Assembly: GCF_009914755.1 (NCBI RefSeq)
Contig: NC_060932.1
DNA from: the human T2T-CHM13v2.0 reference genome, Homo sapiens
Direction: 5' to 3' (one strand)
Length of the DNA: 64,000 bases
Below the pieces are notes generated by a model, which saw only the letters and a list, made by a program, of their open reading frames with translations, had not been told where the DNA came from and ran no database searches. The position numbers were made by a program, and so were the translations under genes. This document shows positions 62,608-64,000 of this stretch, one piece after another (position 1 is the first letter of the stretch; every line of letters starts with the position of its first letter).

Positions 62608-62959
62608 TTGATTTTCATTTTAAAATTAATTTTTCTCTTTAGTGTTAGATTGGATAATTTCTACTAATTTGTATTCAAGTATACTGTCTCTCTCCTCTGT
62701 CATTTTCATTCTGATACTGAGCCAATAAAGTACATTTTCACTTAGAAGTATTGTATTTATTTTGTACTCTATATTGTAATTTTGCATTTGGTTTAATTTC
62801 TTTGATGTTAATGTCTTTTTATTACTTTTAAAGCATATTCCCATTTACCTAATGGAAGATGGTTATAAAGTGTATAATATTCTCAGGATTGATACCTATT
62901 GATTGCATTTTTCCTTGAATTTAGGTCAGATTTTCATGGTTCTCCAAATGCCATGTTAA

Positions 62960-63286
<327 letters not shown>

Positions 63287-63913
63287 TATCTTTAGCATTT
63301 TTAATACTACTATCCTTCTAAAATTTTCTAGTGAATGCTGATTTTTAGAATTTGCTTTAGCAGGCAATCAGGCTATTTAGGTTCAGACCACAGTTATTAG
63401 CCAAAAGCCTGAGAAGCAATCAGACCACAGTTCTGTCTTGTCCTCTATGGACAGTAATTTACAGTGAGTTCAGCTTTCAAAGCTTTTTCTATGCTATTTG
63501 GGTCATGGACCAGGCAGACCCAAATAGCATAGAAGCACTCAAGGTTTAGTCTGAGATTTGAGCAGTCATTTATGTCATAGTTCTCTTCTTGAAATATAGA
63601 CTACTCTTCTTTGAGTCTGTTCTGTTTACACACAATTTAGAATAAAGCCCAAAACTTATATTAGGTCATAGTAGAATTAGGGGATGCCATTTTTTAGTGC
63701 TCTCCTGTTTTTTTATTTCTCCCACATGCTTGAATGCCCTGGGGCCCTTTTTCCAGTTTCTTTGTTCAGAAAGATGTGATAATTCAGAGCTTTAGCCTTC
63801 TGCACTGATGTGCGATCATGCACAACCAGAGTCAGCTTTAGAGTAAAGTGTTGATATAAGACAGAGGGAAATACTGGGCATTCTTCCCACATTCTTCAGA
63901 CATTTGTCCTAGT

Positions 63914-63976
63914 TCCTTCTCCTAGTCCCTCTGACCAAGAGTCCTTCTCCTAGTCCCTCTGACCAAGAGTCCTTCT
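63914..63976. repeat. Perfect 28-bp tandem duplication
   Basis: tccttctcctagtccctctgaccaagag occurs at 63914-63941 and 63942-63969. Confidence 0.95.
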
Positions 63977-64000
63977 TTCGGGGCCTTAGGTACCTGTGCC

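Overview
Human/hominoid genomic DNA, not prokaryotic. The left end holds the first two coding exons and promoter of ADAM2 (fertilin beta) on the minus strand. The remaining ~62 kb is repeat-dense upstream intergenic DNA; from memory it lies at 8p11 heading toward IDO1, which is not in the window. It contains many Alus and old L1 fragments, several solo LTRs (MaLR, MER4A-like, MER11A, LTR8), a 5'-truncated RPL7A processed pseudogene and a 3'-truncated HERV-I/LTR10 provirus. A full-length HERV9/LTR12 provirus (33390-48962) has its 3' LTR interrupted by a two-LTR HML-3/MER9 provirus, which itself carries an AluY. No intact novel protein-coding system is evident. The most interesting signals are: (i) two 22-29 bp insertions copied from donors 1.8-2.8 kb away, plus several fold-back/iterative synthesis scars; (ii) LTR promoters and splice donors co-oriented with ADAM2, including an LTR12 that kept its TATA-like box but lost its poly(A) signal; (iii) a strong CTCF/YY1 site; (iv) an unidentified decayed coding-like relic. 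Repeat family names were recognised by eye from remembered consensus sequences, and boundaries without stated TSDs are approximate.
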